A stretch of 56,921 nt of DNA from Nemertoderma westbladi (Eukaryota; Animalia; Xenacoelomorpha): assembly GCA_032718475.1 (NCBI GenBank), contig JAUCBJ010005690.1, forward strand, positions 1 to 56,921. Direction: 5' to 3'. Below are positions 55,263-56,921 of the stretch, piece after piece; the stretch's first letter is position 1, and every line of letters starts with the position of its first letter. A program made the position numbers and the translations under genes. The notes below the pieces were generated by a model. That model was not told the DNA's origin. It saw nothing but the letters and a program-made list of their open reading frames with translations, and searched no databases.

Positions 55263-55362
55263 AACCGCCCCTATTGGGGCTCGAACTCGGTACCTAGGTT
55301 TCAAACTTCCGGTTATCATCAGCCGAGTGTGTGTCCTAAGACCACTGAGCTACCAGGGCGGT
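55263..55362 (-). promoter_or_regulatory. Pol III type-2 internal promoter cassette in each 369-bp unit (copy 2 shown)
   Basis: A box TAGCTCAGTGG (55352-55342), B box GTTCGAGCC (55286-55278), closing stem ACCGCCCT/GGGGCGGT, T5 run a few nt downstream. Confidence 0.7.
55285..55328 (-). ncRNA. Type I hammerhead ribozyme, copy 2
   Basis: ACTCGG-CTGATGA-T AAC CGGAA GTT T-GAA-ACCTAGGT-A^CCGAGT: perfect 6-bp stem I, intact core, palindromic stem III, GUA cleavage site between 55291 and 55290. Confidence 0.85.
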
Positions 55363-55653
55363 AGAAGATTTATTCACTTTGGAGTGGGCTATCATATATA
55401 GGCCTTTTACAGTCACTCATAGGAAAGTACAACGTTATTCCCGTGCTCTGCCAGAAATGGCAACCATGCCTCAAAGAATAACTATTATACAGTGTTGTAG
55501 AAACCACTGTAACCCCGTATGCCGGCCATGCGTGTTAATTAATTATAAATGAATTGTTGTGGGGAGGGTGACGGCGAATTAAATAAATGTTATAGTACAT
55601 TATGATAATGCTCTCCATAGTGAAAAATATCAACCGCCCCTATTGGGGCTCGA

Positions 55654-55697
55654 ACTCGGTACCTAGGTTTCAAACTTCCGGTTATCATCAGCCGAGT
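55654..55697 (-). ncRNA. Type I hammerhead ribozyme, copy 3
   Basis: Identical to copy 2. Confidence 0.85.
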
Positions 55698-56022
55698 GTG
55701 TGTCCTAAGACCACTGAGCTACCAGGGCGGTAGAAGATTTATTCACTTTGGAGTGGGCTATCATATATAGGCCTTTTACAGTCACTCATAGGAAAGTACA
55801 ACGTTATTCCCGTGCTCTGCCAGAAATGGCAACCATGCCTCAAAGAATAACTATTATACAGTGTTGTAGAAACCACTGCAACCCCGTATGCCGGCCATGC
55901 GTGTTAATTAATTATAAATGAATTGTTGTGGGGAGGGTGACGGCGAATTAAATAAATGTTATAGTACATTATGATAATGCTCTCCATAGTGAAAAATATC
56001 AACCGCCCCTATTGGGGCTCGA

Positions 56023-56066
56023 ACTCGGTACCTAGGTTTCAAACTTCCGGTTATCATCAGCCGAGT
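56023..56066 (-). ncRNA. Type I hammerhead ribozyme, copy 4
   Basis: Identical to copy 2. Confidence 0.85.
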
Positions 56067-56391
56067 GTGTGTCCTAAGACCACTGAGCTACCAGGGCGGT
56101 AGAAGATTTATTCACTTTGGAGTGGGCTATCATATATAGGCCTTTTACAGTCACTCATAGGAAAGTACAACGTTATTCCCGTGCTCTGCCAGAAATGGCA
56201 ACCATGCCTCAAAGAATAACTATTATACAGTGTTGTAGAAACCACTGTAACCCCGTATGCCGGCCATGCGTGTTAATTAATTATAAATGAATTGTTGTGG
56301 GGAGGGTGACGGCGAATTAAATAAATGTTATAGTACATTATGATAATGCTCTCCATAGTGAAAAATATCAACCGCCCCTATTGGGGCTCGA

Positions 56392-56435
56392 ACTCGGTAC
56401 CTAGGTTTCAAACTTCCGGTTATCATCAGCCGAGT
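56392..56435 (-). ncRNA. Type I hammerhead ribozyme, copy 5
   Basis: Identical to copy 2. Confidence 0.85.
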
Positions 56436-56760
56436 GTGTGTCCTAAGACCACTGAGCTACCAGGGCGGTAGAAGATTTATTCACTTTGGAGTGGGCTATC
56501 ATATATAGGCCTTTTACAGTCACTCATAGGAAAGTACAACGTTATTCCCGTGCTCTGCCAGAAATGGCAACCATGCCTCAAAGAATAACTATTATACAGT
56601 GTTGTAGAAACCACTGTAACCCCGTATGCCGGCCATGCGTGTTAAATAATTATAAATGAATTGTTGTGGGGAGGGTGACGGCGAATTAAATAAATGTTAT
56701 AGTACATTATGATAATGCTCTCCATAGTGAAAAATATCAACCGCCCCTATTGGGGCTCGA

Positions 56761-56804
56761 ACTCGGTACCTAGGTTTCAAACTTCCGGTTATCATCAGCC
56801 GAGT
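56761..56804 (-). ncRNA. Type I hammerhead ribozyme, copy 6
   Basis: Identical to copy 2. Confidence 0.85.
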
Positions 56805-56921
56805 GTGTGTCCTAAGACCACTGAGCTACCAGGGCGGTAGAAGATTTATTCACTTTGGAGTGGGCTATCATATATAGGCCTTTTACAGTCACTCATAGGA
56901 AAGTACAACGTTATTCCCGTG

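Larger units (their letters stand above)
54846..56921 (-). repeat. 369-bp tandem array (5.6 copies visible, continues past window) with a hammerhead ribozyme and Pol III A/B boxes per unit; retrozyme-like
   Basis: GTTATAGTAC starts at 54851, 55220, 55589, 55958, 56327 and 56696 (period 369). Copies 2-6 are almost identical; copy 1 is diverged. Confidence 0.97.

Noticed and set aside
55263-55362. Bona fide tRNA gene array or vault RNA
   Set aside because: No anticodon arm or paired T stem; the A-B spacer is explained by the hammerhead. Vault resemblance is limited to generic Pol III features.
55430-55585. Possible HDV-like ribozyme on the plus strand of the 369-bp unit (TTCCCGTG...GGCGAAT)
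   Set aside because: No convincing P1/P2/P3 pairings found by eye.

Overview
Repeat-rich eukaryotic DNA, most likely from an invertebrate animal. In order: (1) a dead non-LTR retrotransposon RT fragment (~1040-1683); (2) a ~23.6-kb 13-bp satellite (GAACAGAACATAT)n with multi-kb higher-order duplications, which accounts for all the 'MFCSYVLFICSVH' ORFs; (3) a small gene island with intronless NUBP1/Nbp35, a Shisa-like six-cysteine membrane protein and a C2H2 zinc-finger gene that a 29-30-bp minisatellite cuts off; (4) several non-autonomous DNA elements (a 0.9-kb foldback MITE, a Harbinger derivative, a DINE-1/Helentron-like element); (5) an old CR1/L2-type LINE split by a full-length 12.9-kb BEL/Pao LTR retrotransposon (5-bp TSD GCCAC), which carries an extra ORF with a DEDDy-like 3'-5' exonuclease and three CCHC knuckles; (6) a 369-bp tandem array running off the window end. 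The array is the most striking feature: on the minus strand each unit encodes a minimal type I hammerhead ribozyme nested between Pol III A and B boxes and inside a ~45-bp inverted repeat, i.e. a retrozyme-like self-cleaving RNA satellite. All calls come from reading the sequence and the ORF track; no searches were run.
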